Positions 1 to 13,000 of a stretch of 64,000 nucleotides of DNA are shown piece after piece (within the stretch, counting starts at the first letter, position 1; the number at the start of each line of letters is the position of its first letter). A model generated the notes under the pieces. The model worked only from the letters and a program-made list of their open reading frames with translations, was not told the origin of the DNA and did not search any database. The stretch covers positions 633,416 through 697,415 of the forward strand of contig OZ199839.1 of assembly GCA_964304625.1 (NCBI GenBank). Reading direction: 5' to 3'. Source of the stretch: Kudoa neothunni (Eukaryota; Animalia; Cnidaria). The translations under genes and the position numbers were made by a program.

Positions 1-1950
1 CAAAGAATATGTTCTTTCTACCAAAACAATAATCTACATGGGAACCGAATGTAGTATCATTAATAAAGAATGGTATCTTGGTCAGGTATTTTCTCAACAT
101 AATCAAAATTACATATTATATATTATGCTTAACTATACGCAATAGTTCAAAACAACAAGCATTGAAGCATGTGTCTATTTGTTGAACAGAATTGCCAGTT
201 TTCGAAGAGCCAATCCTGTGGATGTTTGTCGAGCTCTGTCAGCACTGGTAATGGATATATTAGTTTTAAGTTTATCGCGAATATCGATCTAATAGGTGAA
301 CTCCAACGATGACAATGGAGTTGTGATGGGAAATTGGACTGGTGAATACACAGACGGCGTCGATCCAAACACATGGATTGGTTCAGCAGAAATTCTACGA
401 AAGTACGTCAAGTCTAAACAGCCGGTCAAATATGGTCAATGTTGGGTTTTCTCTGGAGTGTTATGTTCTGGTAAAATCTTTCATAATTTCTCTCTATTCC
501 GTTTTTATTTGAATACACCATATTAATCTATATTTAGTTCTTAGATGTATTGGTCTGCCAACCAGATGTGTCACGAATTATCAATCGTTTCATGATAGCG
601 ATGGCTCTATGCAATGGGAAGTTTATTTTGATGAAAATTTCAATTTATTAAATATCTCCAAGGAAACTTGTTGGTATATATGACTCTATGAGGTGGCTTG
701 ACATCTGAATTTTTAGGAATTATCATTGTTGGAATGAAGTCTGGATGAAAAGGGATGACTTGGGAGCTGGTAGATTCAATGGTTGGCAAATTGTCGATGC
801 TACCCCTCAAGAAAGGAGTTCTGGCTTATTTCAACTGGGTCCTGCATCTAGGTATGCGGTCAAGAAAGGATTCATTGGAGCACGATTCGATACTGCATTT
901 GTGTTTGCGGAAGTGAGTGCTGATCGTATCTACTACATTCGGCAAAAAAATGGCAAATTCAAACATTACCTAACACAAAAAGGTGAAGTGGGTATGTTAG
1001 TTTCTTTGGTCCAAATTATTCTTCCTATCACACATAACATATATCGGTTTCAGCTAATCAATGTGAATTAATGAAAATTTCATCATTTTATATTCATTAA
1101 TCTTATATTATATTCACAATTCTTATTTCTTAGGTAAGCTGGTATGCACCAAAAAAGTTGGATGTAAAGAGAGAAAAGATTTGACCAGGTTCTACAAAGA
1201 TGGCATGTACAATGGACAGAGCGGAGCCAATGAAACCACCTCGGTCAACGAACGTATAGCTAGAGAAACAGTACGCCACAGAACAACCCAACCAATCACC
1301 ATAGCTATAAATGCAGAATCTGATTACACCCTTGGATCGTCGCTTAAATGTACTATCAATGTGTATGGTTTGAAGGAATCGAAGCGAATATACACCAAAG
1401 TAAAAATTTATCTGGTTTCCTATCATGGGAAACATGTTGGAGTGATATATAGTAGACCACATCCGGTGGATTCAACAAGTAATTCACATTCTTAAATTAC
1501 CTTATAATTCTAAGTTTCATTAAATCTCCAGACAATAGTTTTACTTTGAATGTCAAAGCCGACGAGATTACAGCAAAAATGACTCCAGCTTGCTCTTACA
1601 TCAAATGTACTGCCAGTTGTTTGACAAGCGACGATCAATTTGCACACAAGGAAATGTTGATCAATGTGTGTGTACCAAAGATAAGCTTTGAAAAAGTACC
1701 AGAAGCAGTTTACATAGGTGAGCCAATAAAACTTCGGTTTAAAATTCACAATCCCCTGACGGTTCCCTTAACTCAAGTCAAAGTTTACATTGAATGTGAC
1801 GCTATATTTAAGAGGCAAACCTACAAATTCGAGTAATTTAACCCAATGAGAAATAAACACCAATCTTATTTAGGAAAATTGAACCTCTCCAAACTTTACG
1901 TCACAAAGTGGTTCTTATCATGAGGGTATTATTGATTTGTTGATAAATTG
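1..1950 (+). CDS. Protein-glutamine gamma-glutamyltransferase (transglutaminase), multi-exon, 5' part outside window; 3' end uncertain
   Basis: Spliced exons <1-85, 146-247, 296-470, 538-673, 717-991, 1134-1478, 1515-1832 and 1874-~1925/1950, all with GT-AG introns. Catalytic motifs [10 protein letters not shown] (Cys), [10 protein letters not shown] (His) and [11 protein letters not shown] (Asp), plus [13 protein letters not shown] and [10 protein letters not shown]. Confidence 0.93.
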
Positions 1951-2567
1951 TTGGATATTTAATATGAAATAATTAAATCTGTTAAAATTTCCTTCGTTAG
2001 TTATATTTAGGCTTTTTTGAGTCTTATAATAAAATTTAAAACGTATAAATTTATCAAAAGTAAGTAATTTATGATAATTAATAACAGTTCAATTAAACTC
2101 TGAAATTAACATTTTTATCACATAATTTTTTGTTTGAGGGGTAAAAATCAATATTATAACAGTTTAAACGTTAAAATTCCCAACAAATAATCATAATCAA
2201 ATTACAATAAAAAATAAAAATCTTATTTTCGCGTGTGGCATAACCATGCAAAAATTGCATAATATCTTTTAAATGCATTGAAAATTTATTCTGTATCTTA
2301 ATTCTAGAAAATAACTTAATATTATCAATGTGCTTACATCGATCAAATTTTTGTGCATGCGCACCAATCATGATATCAACTTCTCATTTTCAAACATGTT
2401 AATATTCAATAATACTTAAAACTAAAGCTTGTAATATTTTTAAAGCGGATTGATTTTTAGTATATTTATTTTTTTTCATGACGTAGACATGATTAACCAT
2501 AAATTGTGTCAATAATAATTCCTGTAGAACTTTTTTAAATTAGAAAAAAACTTTTCAAATCTATATA

Positions 2568-3033
2568 CAGTGGGCGACCAGTTGTTCGTACTTTTTTTCT
2601 GAGACCTTTCTTACGAATTAACCAGTTTTTCGTAATTACAGGAAAATGAGAAATAAAAAAATTATATAATTACAAAAATATACAAGAAATATATTAAATT
2701 GTCGTGTATTTTGATTTTTTTGTCGTAGAGGGGTGCCATGACTACTACTGTTCACCACTTTAACTTATTCATTATTTCAACGTCGCACGGTATCCTAATT
2801 GGAAAAAACGAAATTATTGTTTAATTCGAGATTGGACTCTATTTAAAAATGGAAAATATTATTAACTATTAAAACCAAAATAACAAAAGTTTCACCAATA
2901 ATATGAGTTGTTATATTTATTTTATTATAGAATAATATATACGCACATGCGCTAAAAGTACGAAAAAATCGACAGTTAGTAGTTTCGTATATTTTTCCAT
3001 CTCCGTGGGGAAAACGCGAGTGACTACCTACTG
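2568..3033. mobile_element. Possible Tc1/mariner-type MITE
   Basis: TA|CAGTGGG...CCTACTG|TA: CAGT termini flanked by TA. The TIR match beyond about 7 nt is poor. Confidence 0.35.
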
Positions 3034-3135
3034 TATGAACATTTTTAAACTATGATTAATTATATTTTAACGACAATATTGTATAAAATATTTTATGTCC
3101 ACATTTAAAAATGAATTACATTGTTATAAGGCAAA

Positions 3136-3292
3136 GACTATTGGAGCGGTATAATTTAATCTCAACAACTCCTATTTATTAGATTTTTACAGATTTAATG
3201 ATTTCTAGTCGACCATTTTGCGTTTAGGATCAGAAATAATTATAATCAAAACTAGTGTCACCTGAATATTATTTAGCTGTGCCAATAGCCAC
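3136..3292. mobile_element. Degenerate copy of the ~185-bp MITE family seen at 12045-12229
   Basis: Shares CAACTCCTATTTATT and the end GTGCCAATAGCCAC with 12045-12229. Confidence 0.55.
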
Positions 3293-4291
3293 TTTCCTGT
3301 TTAAGATAGTACAAATTTAGATTTTTTTAATACTTATTCTAATATTATAATTTATTAAAATTAAAATTATTCGTTTTCAAACAGATAAAAATCATAATAA
3401 CACTTTCAAATTATTTAAAATATAGCACCATAGAGGTGAAACATTATTTTTTGTTAGTTTAAAATTTAAATGAACGTTGGGTACAAAAATTTCTAATAAA
3501 TTATGTTGATAAATGGTAACAGTAATCGGTTTTCTTTGATTTCATATGGAGATCTGGCAAGAGTAGTATTGAACCTATTTATTTAATACACTAATCAAAC
3601 TATTGAATTACATATATATTTTTAAAAATTTGAATACATTATAATAATTAGAGACAATGTTATTTACATTAAAAATTAGCTGTACTCAAAATTAATCAAT
3701 GTGAATTTTTGCGATGAATCATTGAAAGCGCGTCAATAATGATTTATAATGTTAAATAATGAAACAAATGTCATTGAAATAAAAAAATAAAAATTTTAAT
3801 TTTCAGCTTTTCAAGATTAGATAAATGCATCCAAAATCCTTCTCGATTATTTTAATTACAAAAATGCTTAGTTTTTTGGAATCCCATTCAAAATTAATTA
3901 CCTTTATTTGTTAATTATGACCTTTTATAGAAGAAAATTAATAAGCGCGATTTTATCTTCCAATATATAGATAAATATATAGATAAATAATGACTCAATA
4001 TAAGTTATGGATATGAATTTCAAATATATTGATATAATTTTAAAAAATCTATAATATTCACGTAGATAACAAATTAATATGTTGATTTCATATAGTTAGC
4101 AGGATACAAAACTATTTTCGCAAATATCAAGTGCCGCGAATTCTCATCATTAAGCAGTTCTACCGAAATAGTTGTCATACGAAAATACACAGAGCGATTG
4201 AGCCGTTCAATTGAATAACACCGCATCAAACAACGAAAAAAAGTCGCCGAAAGAAAATATATAAAATTAGAGATGAAAAAATAGACAAAAA

Positions 4292-5428
4292 TTATTTAAT
4301 TTTGTATGGTTGTGTTTGTTTTTTTGATATGACATCAGTTTTTGGGCAACATATATAGTTGTCAATGACGAATCTCCTTGCCTTTTCCAGTTGGTGTTTA
4401 TATCGATTCTGACGAAGTATGATTTCGTCACGAACATGTCTACTCTCCAACCGAATATCGCGAATTCTTTTGCGTATTTTCCAATCGAGGACACGCTGTC
4501 CTTGTTTTTGTCTATACAGGCGATACAGTGTCCAAAAAAGATCGCTAGGAGTGTAATTAGTGTAGGACCGAGCATAGTCGGTATCGAGAATATCTTGGAA
4601 AGGAACACTCAAATGTTGTTTTGTATCGTTGGATAGTTCGGTGGGGGTTACTCGAGCCGAAACCCCATCAAAATTATTCAATATCATCCGATGATACATT
4701 GGTTCCACATTGAAACATCTAGTGTCAATCGTAGGTTTCATTCTAGGAGGAAATAGGCCACACTTTAGTTTCTGTATTTCCATATTGTATGGTACTGTCG
4801 GTAGAGATGCGATACCAACATTAGGGGTGGCCTTTGTGTTGATATAGGTTAAGTAGGTGGGCATACGATGAATGTAACGTAACACAGTACAACTATCAAT
4901 TTGAAGTTCATCACAGATGAAATTCAGTTGTTTTTGAATATTTTCGCGTGGGAAAAGCAGAGAATCGTAAAGTTGATGGAAGAAATACATTTTTGGAGTG
5001 GTGTCAGTCTTGATATTAGTCTCATCCATTACAATACCTTTTAAAAAATACAGTGGCGAACGATAATAGTCTAATTTGTTCAGCACTTCACTACTATCAA
5101 AAGCCATAATAAAGGGGGTTTGATATTTTCGAATTTCCTGCCATTTTTGTCTGGGCTGAATCATCACAGATGAAAGATACTCGACTCTTTGGCAGAGCAA
5201 TCCTATTTGATAGTAGGTAACACCAATGCATTTTGGTTGCAATTTTAAAAAATGGGTTGGATTCATGGTTTTTTCCAGTGGAATCAATTTGTTATGATTG
5301 GGAAGGTGAAAATCTGGTATTTTGTATTCTAGGTACTTGAACACCGACTCAATTTCATGAGTTCGATAATCATTCACTCTGATTGCATCTCGATTGAAGC
5401 TGCGACGTATGATGCGTGACAGCAACAT
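4292..5428 (-). CDS. mTERF-family mitochondrial nucleic-acid-binding protein, single exon, 378 aa
   Basis: Arg/Ser-rich presequence-like N-terminus MLLSRIIRRSF. mTERF-like repeats LCQRVEYLSSVMI, SSEVLNKLDYY and PRENIQKQLNFICDELQIDSCTVLRYIHRMPTYLTY. Confidence 0.65.
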   Translation of the reverse strand: MLLSRIIRRSFNRDAIRVNDYRTHEIESVFKYLEYKIPDFHLPNHNKLIPLEKTMNPTHFLKLQPKCIGVTYYQIGLLCQRVEYLSSVMIQPRQKWQEIRKYQTPFIMAFDSSEVLNKLDYYRSPLYFLKGIVMDETNIKTDTTPKMYFFHQLYDSLLFPRENIQKQLNFICDELQIDSCTVLRYIHRMPTYLTYINTKATPNVGIASLPTVPYNMEIQKLKCGLFPPRMKPTIDTRCFNVEPMYHRMILNNFDGVSARVTPTELSNDTKQHLSVPFQDILDTDYARSYTNYTPSDLFWTLYRLYRQKQGQRVLDWKIRKRIRDIRLESRHVRDEIILRQNRYKHQLEKARRFVIDNYICCPKTDVISKKQTQPYKIK

Positions 5429-6116
5429 TTCTAAACTCGCCTGATACAGCGCAGACGCTCACTCAAAATTTCAAGCACGTGAGTAAAACAAATGGATTTA
5501 ATTAAAATTGGGGTTTTGAATTTTATCATTTGGGTTTTATTTAAGTAGTTTAATAAGTGTCATGATAATATTTCAAATTTAAGCAGTAATTTAGTCGTTC
5601 AAATGTTTCAGTGAAAATAAAATTTTTGATCAGAATATTTACTTTAAATTTCAAATTTTTATACTCCTTTGATTAGTAGAAAGAAATAATTTTCAAAAAA
5701 GATTTAAATTATGTTAACAATAATTATTTACTGAAAATTTTTATTCAATTGTTTTATTGTTGTCGTTACATGTAATTTTAATGGGGTTAACAATTGCCAA
5801 TGATATTCTTGTCGAACATAATTTATTCGATTTTTCATTTAAACATATTTATCTTCCAATATTGAATAATAAATAAATTTTTGAATGAAGAGATGGCAAT
5901 AAAAAATAAATTTCCCCTCAATGTGCACGCACATTAAAGGTATGTAGAACCAGGCGTAACCAATTTTACGCACTTTCTCCCAGGTCCTTGAAGAAGTGCG
6001 TGAAACCAGTTACCTACTGTAGTCAATTGACCATCTATTTTTCGCGCGTGCGTCATGAAATGAAACAAAAAATCCGTGAATTCAAATGACAAAAAATAAC
6101 ATAAAAATTGAAACAT

Positions 6117-9100
6117 TCACTTTCTCGAAATGTAAACAAGAAAAAGGCTCACAGCAGCGAAGACAACCAAAATAAACTTTTGACTTTTTTCGCCAATATA
6201 ATTGGGTGTTTGAAGGGCGGCAATTTGATTGGTGAATTTTTCTACAACAATCATTATGCATTAAGTATTGTGCATTAGGTGTGAGAATTCTCTGTAAAAT
6301 TGTAAGCGGAGAGTAAAAAATTACTCGAGTCTACGACTTGTTCGATAAAGTTAAAATGTAACGCTAATGGAGTGTTTCCGTCAAAATACACATTTAGAGG
6401 GCAATCTTTGAGCACAACATATTTAAGCAGAATCACGTAGGAAAATAGTCGAAAGTCTAATATTGTCAGATCATCTCTAAATCTTGTCAAAGAATGAGAA
6501 AAATTTGACTTGGTTTACTTCTCTCTTGAGAAAAATTTATTTAGCCGAATAATTCTGTTTATATCGTCTAAAAGCTTTTCCACATTCCTGTAAATCTAAG
6601 ATAAGACGTTCAGATTAGTTCAATTATCATAACATTCGACTTCAGATCTAATCCTACTGATAAAATCTGAATATCAAATTATACGGATGATGCAGATAAT
6701 TTTTGCAAAATGGTGACTATAGATGATAGCAATAAAAATTTTCATCCTCATCAAAAAAAAATAATGCGCACATTCGCCATTCAATGGAGGCTGTTTGTCA
6801 TACGAAAAAATAAAATTCCACTTATCAAGATCATGATCATCCACATTTAATTATTTGACACTACAGTTAGTGATCGGTTGTACATACTTCCGATTTTACT
6901 CACTTTTTAAAAAGCAACAAAATTTTAATAATCAAATGTGCAATCGATATAAAATATTGTTAATTGTTTTTATCAACTAATTGGGACCTAAATAATACAT
7001 TTCGGTGGAGAAATTTCCCAATTGTTGTGTCACGTGATTAATTGATAACACGCATTTCTTTCGGGAGGTTTTTGAACAAATAGATGAGTTTTGTTTAATG
7101 TTCGACACAATTAAATGAAATGACAGTATTACTATGTAAAAGTATAAACTAATTAATAAACTAATAAATTAATAAACTAATAAAATAGGTCAATAGAATC
7201 TCCTAAAAAGGTGTTAAATCTGTTACTATAAAATACTATATATATCCAACTCCTATGGCACCTTAAAAAACAAATATAAAATTGTTTGAAAGGCTTAACA
7301 CAACCCTATTATTGTTGTTATTTGCGAATATATTAAAATGAGTTTAAAAAATTATTCAAGTTTGACAAAAAGGAACGATCGATCATGTTCGCAATGTTGG
7401 AGGAAACTATATTTCAAATTATCTGAACAAATTTTTTCCCAATAAAAATAACTAATTATTTTATTTTTAAGTGAAAGAAATTATATTTTAAAATGTATGC
7501 AAATCAATCACATTAAATAACTACGTATATTACGTTGTGTGCGCGCGCAAATGAGTGCTTTATACCAGTGTTTCTCAGTCTTTTTTCTATCGTGCCCCAC
7601 CTTTTTCAAATATATTAATTTTTTAACTTAAATTGCTTATAATTTTGAATCAAGCTTCATGTCACATTAAAATTAGAAAATGGCAAATATATATATTTCT
7701 TTTTCATTAAAATTAAATTAAATTAAAATATATTGGATCAGATCTAATTTAATTCATAGATAGACTTTAAAAACTAACATTTTTATTTCTTCATTCAGTC
7801 AAAAACCACGTCAAGTGAAACTTGTGGTAATCCAACCCGCATCAGGCAAAACTTTTTTTTATTGGGGACTTATAAATCGAAATTAAATCATTAATATAGA
7901 AAATTAATCGATATTATCTTTGGATACGACAAAAATTAGGGAATCACGGTTATAAATTTGAAAACATTTGAATTATAATCATTCCGATTCTATTGAGCAA
8001 AAACCATGTTAAACGTTTTTATATTTTTTATATAAATTGATCGGTTCTTTTGTATTCTTTTAGGATATTAACGTTGGCTTAAAAATAAATAAGATCAAAA
8101 ATCGAAGTATTGATTTCAATGTACGCCATACTGCCCAATTATCTCACAATTATCCATGTCACAGCAATGCTCCGGATTTTCCACGTCCTACAAGAGCCGT
8201 TCATTAAACTCTCGAAGATTTCCATGCCCCACCAGTGTGGCATTGCCCTAAAGTTGAGAAACACTGTTTTATACTGTCAGTGATCGTATAAAACAGTGTT
8301 GGTTCTCATCCTTTCTTCCTCGCAAGCCCCAAATTTGTTCAATGGATTGATCACGGATCGCATTTTGCTTTAATGGATAATCCAATTGTACATACAAATA
8401 TGTTAACTCTTTCGTTCCCATTTTTCATTTTAAAGGGCAGATTGAGAGAAATTTTAAATTATTGTTAAATTATATATTGTTAAAAAATACAATTCAAATT
8501 GGATATAATTTTAATATTAGTTTAAATTAAAAAATTCTCGTTTCAAAAGAAAAATATGAACATGAAAGGGTTAACTTAAATTATTTATCTAATATCCCCA
8601 ATTATATTAAATTATTTATTTATTGTATTACAGTAGACAACCGATAATTTTTTAGATCTCATCAACTCTTATTCTTAATCGCAAATTTTAATGGATTTAA
8701 TTTTTTTATAATCTGATATATTCCATTATTTGTGGTCCACCGATTTGTTCTAAGTTCTTAGTTCTTAGGAATAATTGTAGTCAAACCTAAAGACACCTAA
8801 AAATTATTTTCCATGACAATAGCCACTTTCAGTTATTCAAGGACAAATGACAATTAATCCGTTAAATGGCGCATAGTTATTAAATATCATGCTTTAGAAA
8901 TTGCATTGAATTTTCTATCATCTCCAATTACAACACTACAATACTGCATCGATGATATTGGTCTAATTAAAAAACTATTTATTTTATTGAACACACATCA
9001 CGCTTCGATAATCGTTTCCTACCCCCCCCCTAACAATACCAACTTAAACGAATAGAATTAACAACTAATGATTTGATGTGTGAAATCTAATTTGTCGAGT

Positions 9101-9955
9101 TGATGGGATTGTTAGCCCGTAGAATTAAAGTTTGGATAATGCGCAAGCATTCAAAAGATAAATAAAGAGTTAAGTACATCTTTGTCGGGCGTCAATCCGT
9201 TATCCTGACCACGCAACACATTCAGCATATATTGGCGCAGGTGGCGAGCCGCGAATAAATTGAATCTTTGCGCGCAGCCGAACGCTAAATTGGGATATAT
9301 GTATTGATTGTAGTTGGTCTCATTTTTCCACATATAATAGCACTAATTATGTTGAATAAATTCAACAACCGATCTCAAACAGCTTACCAACGCAGGTTTC
9401 AACGAATCATTTATGTAAGAAGCGAGTAGAACAGCATTTGCTGAGATACTCATTGCGTGAGACGAATGCTTCAACACCTACACACATATACAACACATCG
9501 CTCATCAATGTAACAGACAAGCTGTATCCAAAAGATCTCACCTTATGTGTGATGTAATCGTAGATTCGATCTAATCCACGTATCCTTGTTACATTATCGC
9601 TATTTCTCTCATCCAATATGTATGGGAACATTGGATCTAAGCGGCGATCAAACTCAAACCAGCACACATCGATCATCTTGGCTTACACTCAAGATCCTCT
9701 TTCTGCATTTCCATTTCGACGAAAGAAATCTTTAAATATTTTAATAGAAACTATTTGAATTGTTATCAGAAAATTTGTTTATTAACCGAAACCCAATTAC
9801 GTAGAGCTCAATAGAATCCGGTATTGCGGCCGGGAACGGTTTCAACTTAGGGCCGAATACCACTTTCAACGTTAATGATTCCGTCTATTTGCCTGCTTTA
9901 AAACGAAACACCACCACATTAACTATACATTCCGCTCACTTTCCTGGGAGGACAT
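6117..9955 (-). CDS. MTX1: Metaxin-1-like outer mitochondrial membrane (SAM complex) protein, 9 exons, about 292 aa
   Basis: Exons 9955-9929, 9884-9801, 9750-9687, 9636-9542, 9477-9388, 9342-9178, 6595-6519, 6476-6325 and 6241-6117 join in frame with GT-AG introns. Metaxin-like motifs: LASYINDSLKPALCYYMWKNETNY, IYRNVEKLLDDINRIIRLNKFFS, LTILDFRLFSYV. C-terminal tail anchor FILVVFAAVSLFLVYISRK*. Exon 1 is least certain. Confidence 0.8.
7566..8266. mobile_element. Non-autonomous hAT element in MTX1 intron 6
   Basis: TIRs CAGTGTTTCTCA / TGAGAAACACTG; 8-bp TSD CTTTATAC/TTTTATAC. Confidence 0.85.
8635..8828. mobile_element. Degenerate copy of the ~185-bp MITE family seen at 12045-12229
   Basis: Shares CAACTCTTATT and the end GACAATAGCCACTTTC with the copies at 3136 and 12045. 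Confidence 0.5.
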
Positions 9956-10030
9956 CTTTAAACTTTAAATGCACATGCGCCATGGAAACATTGCACGCGT
10001 ATAAACAAACATTCAAGGGTGGGTATAGAG
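9956..10030. promoter_or_regulatory. Compact bidirectional promoter between MTX1 and URB1 with NRF1-like sites
   Basis: About 75 bp between divergent ATGs; contains GCACATGCGC (9971-9980) and TGCACGCGTA (9992-10001). Confidence 0.5.
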
Positions 10031-13000
10031 ATGAACCCACGTGGTCATCTAAAAACCATGGATGGGTCGCTTGCACTGATGGACCTCTCGCTTAAATTTA
10101 ACACTTACAGAGAAGCACTCAACACAGAAACTATCACCGAAAATCAACTACATGAATGTAATCTGTTATTGTTATAAATGTGTGTAATTTCATTGTGGTC
10201 TTCAGTGTTTGGATCGTTAAAATTATTCATCGACCGTAACGACGAAAATTCGAGCTTAGATCGATTATGGAAAATTATTTTTCTTAATCCCCACTATTAT
10301 GACAATGATATTGATTTCACCGAAGGTGTTGAAGTTATACGTGGTTCCATTAGTTATTATTTGGTGTTGATGCTGAAACAGGCATCAAAACTTTCGTTGG
10401 AAATGGTAATTAGCATATCAACGTCAACTCGCAATTAATAAGCTGGTTCGTTGTTGAATCTGTCCTGTTTTGCCGCCTGCGACCAACAACGACCAATAAT
10501 TATATAATTTGAGTCTCTGTGCGCGCATTACATTTTACATTGTAAATAATTCGAGTTTTATGAACAGCTACAACTACAGCTACAGCTATAAGTAGTTCTG
10601 ACCTGTCATATTTTGAAAATAACGGATATTTTCTTTTTTATCAATTATTGAATATGCAAAAAACCTCGCGCAGAGAATTAAATCTCCTTGGCATGACAAA
10701 TTTTGCTATTGATAGCTATTTTTATCTACCAAAATATAGGTGGCGTCTGTGATGGAAGTGTTAACTGCCAGTCTGCATTATTGTAACAGTGGGTGCGGAT
10801 TTATGGAGATGAATGCGTGTGTCCGACTTGGAACGTTGTTATGCTCGATGATTTTGTGTGATTCGAGTTCGTGCGCCGATCTCTCGCAGTAAGAATCTAA
10901 ATTCATTGTGCCAGACAAACTTAAATTTTTGCTGCGCGCGCTCATTTTATCATTATCATTTATCATTTATTTTATCATTATCATTATCGTTGTAGGTTTA
11001 TTGGAAAAAACGAAATTCTCTATCCATCGGGAGTTTGTTTAATTGCGGCGTTGTCGTCCTATGGACCAATTTTTTATTTCCGAATTTTCGCCAATTTTTC
11101 TCTGAACCAAATAGCGGCTTGTTACCGCGCCACCTTCAAACCAGTCAAAGTGATTTGATTATGCTAACTTTGACGTATTATTTTGAGGTAGAATAATAAG
11201 AAGATTTCCTATTCGCATAGTTCAATTCAGAATTTTGAAAGGTCAATTCTGGAGCTGTTTGGACTAATCCTTTCCACCGGCGTGCGACGATCATATGCTA
11301 TGGTTGTTCAAAATTGTGGTAAATACATCATTAACATATTTAATGTATTATGTGTCTGCGCGCGTTTCTTTTTTAGCTCTTATTTTCTCAATTTAAACCT
11401 TTTTAAGTGACCCGCGTTTTGTTACAATAATAAATAATAAGTAATACGTAATGATGATTAATAATAATGTGAAGTTTATACAAACTAAATCCGCAAAAAT
11501 ATGAGATTCTTCATTTTTTATACTATCGAGATTGGATAATGCGTGGTTTTTTGTCGGTTCTAAAAACCCACGCAATAAAAAGTTTACGCAATATCCAAGT
11601 TCATGCGTGCGCGTTGCGCTGTAAAACACGATTTTCTTGTGCGTACGTTTGATGATTACTCCTACAAACAAACTTTGTTAAAACACACATATCATAGCGT
11701 TCAATTAAGGAAGAGTTATTAAATTTTGTCAAAAAATGTGAGTTCTAACGAAGGAAAGAGTACATAAGTGATTTTAATATCTAGTGGCTCTTGAAAATTG
11801 GGATAACCTTAAAGTTGGCTCCCGATCTGGTCAAATCTGACCACCTATGGTATATACACTAGTCGATTTTGATGGAATTTTTTACATTTAAATTGATGGG
11901 GTTCCTAATTAGTATTAAAATTTTTATACAAACTTTAACGCGTATAAACCCAAATATTTTTGTGCTATTAACAAATACATTTCTATTGCGCAGTTTTCAG
12001 GCATAAAGTGTTAATTGCTGCGATCGATTATTGATATCAGACACTGGCTATTGACACGGAAATTTTTAATCCCGGCAACTCCTATTTATTGTTGATCTAT
12101 AAAGTTTATTTGTTGTGATCCGCCGTATTTGGTAGTTTTGACCAATCATTACCGCTACTATGGACCATATATAATTAAGTACAGCCAAAACTATACCTAC
12201 CTGGGCATAATGATCCGTGTCAATAGCCACCTCCTTATTTATATCATTGCAACAATTGTGTGCATATAATATAAGTATTCTTAACGTCCCCCGACTAAAG
12301 TAAACAATTAGAGTGACGTTTTAAATCAGAACTAATCTTTGTTATGTTGAACAAGAGTTTAAGCTGTAAAATTATTCATTAACAGTGGGGAATTTTTATT
12401 TTCCAGTAAGCCAAGACTATTGATTATTGTACGAACTTTTATTTGTCAACATAGTTAGGTTGGCTTATATTACGTTAGATACTTGATAATCATTTTTTAA
12501 ATATTAGGTTCCGAAACTGAGTATTTTTAGGTAGAGACGATAAATCTGCTAAAGAAGATATATTTTATTATTGAAGTTATATTGTTTCGTTATAATTAAA
12601 CTAATACTTAAAGTAATATTAGTTTTCGTTGAGTATGATAAACTTTAACCAATTTCTATTTATGGATGTAAATTAATTAAATAAATAATTGACATTTCGG
12701 AATTTTGATGCAGATTTAAAATGTAACGATAAATTAAATGCTAAAGTTAGAGAAATTTATATTCTCTCGTACCAAAACCATTGAATCACTCGTTAAATTA
12801 TACAGACTACATTTTATCAGCTATCTTATATTTTAATCATAACTTGATTAAAATAACCGGCATATTGGTCGGATTTATGCTCTCAATGTACGCCTAAGTT
12901 TTAATTCGGTAAATTAATAATTAAAGCAAATTACCACAATAAAATAAAATTTCGCTAGTTATACCTTCACTATTTATGCAATCGTTCCTCCAAAGTAAAT

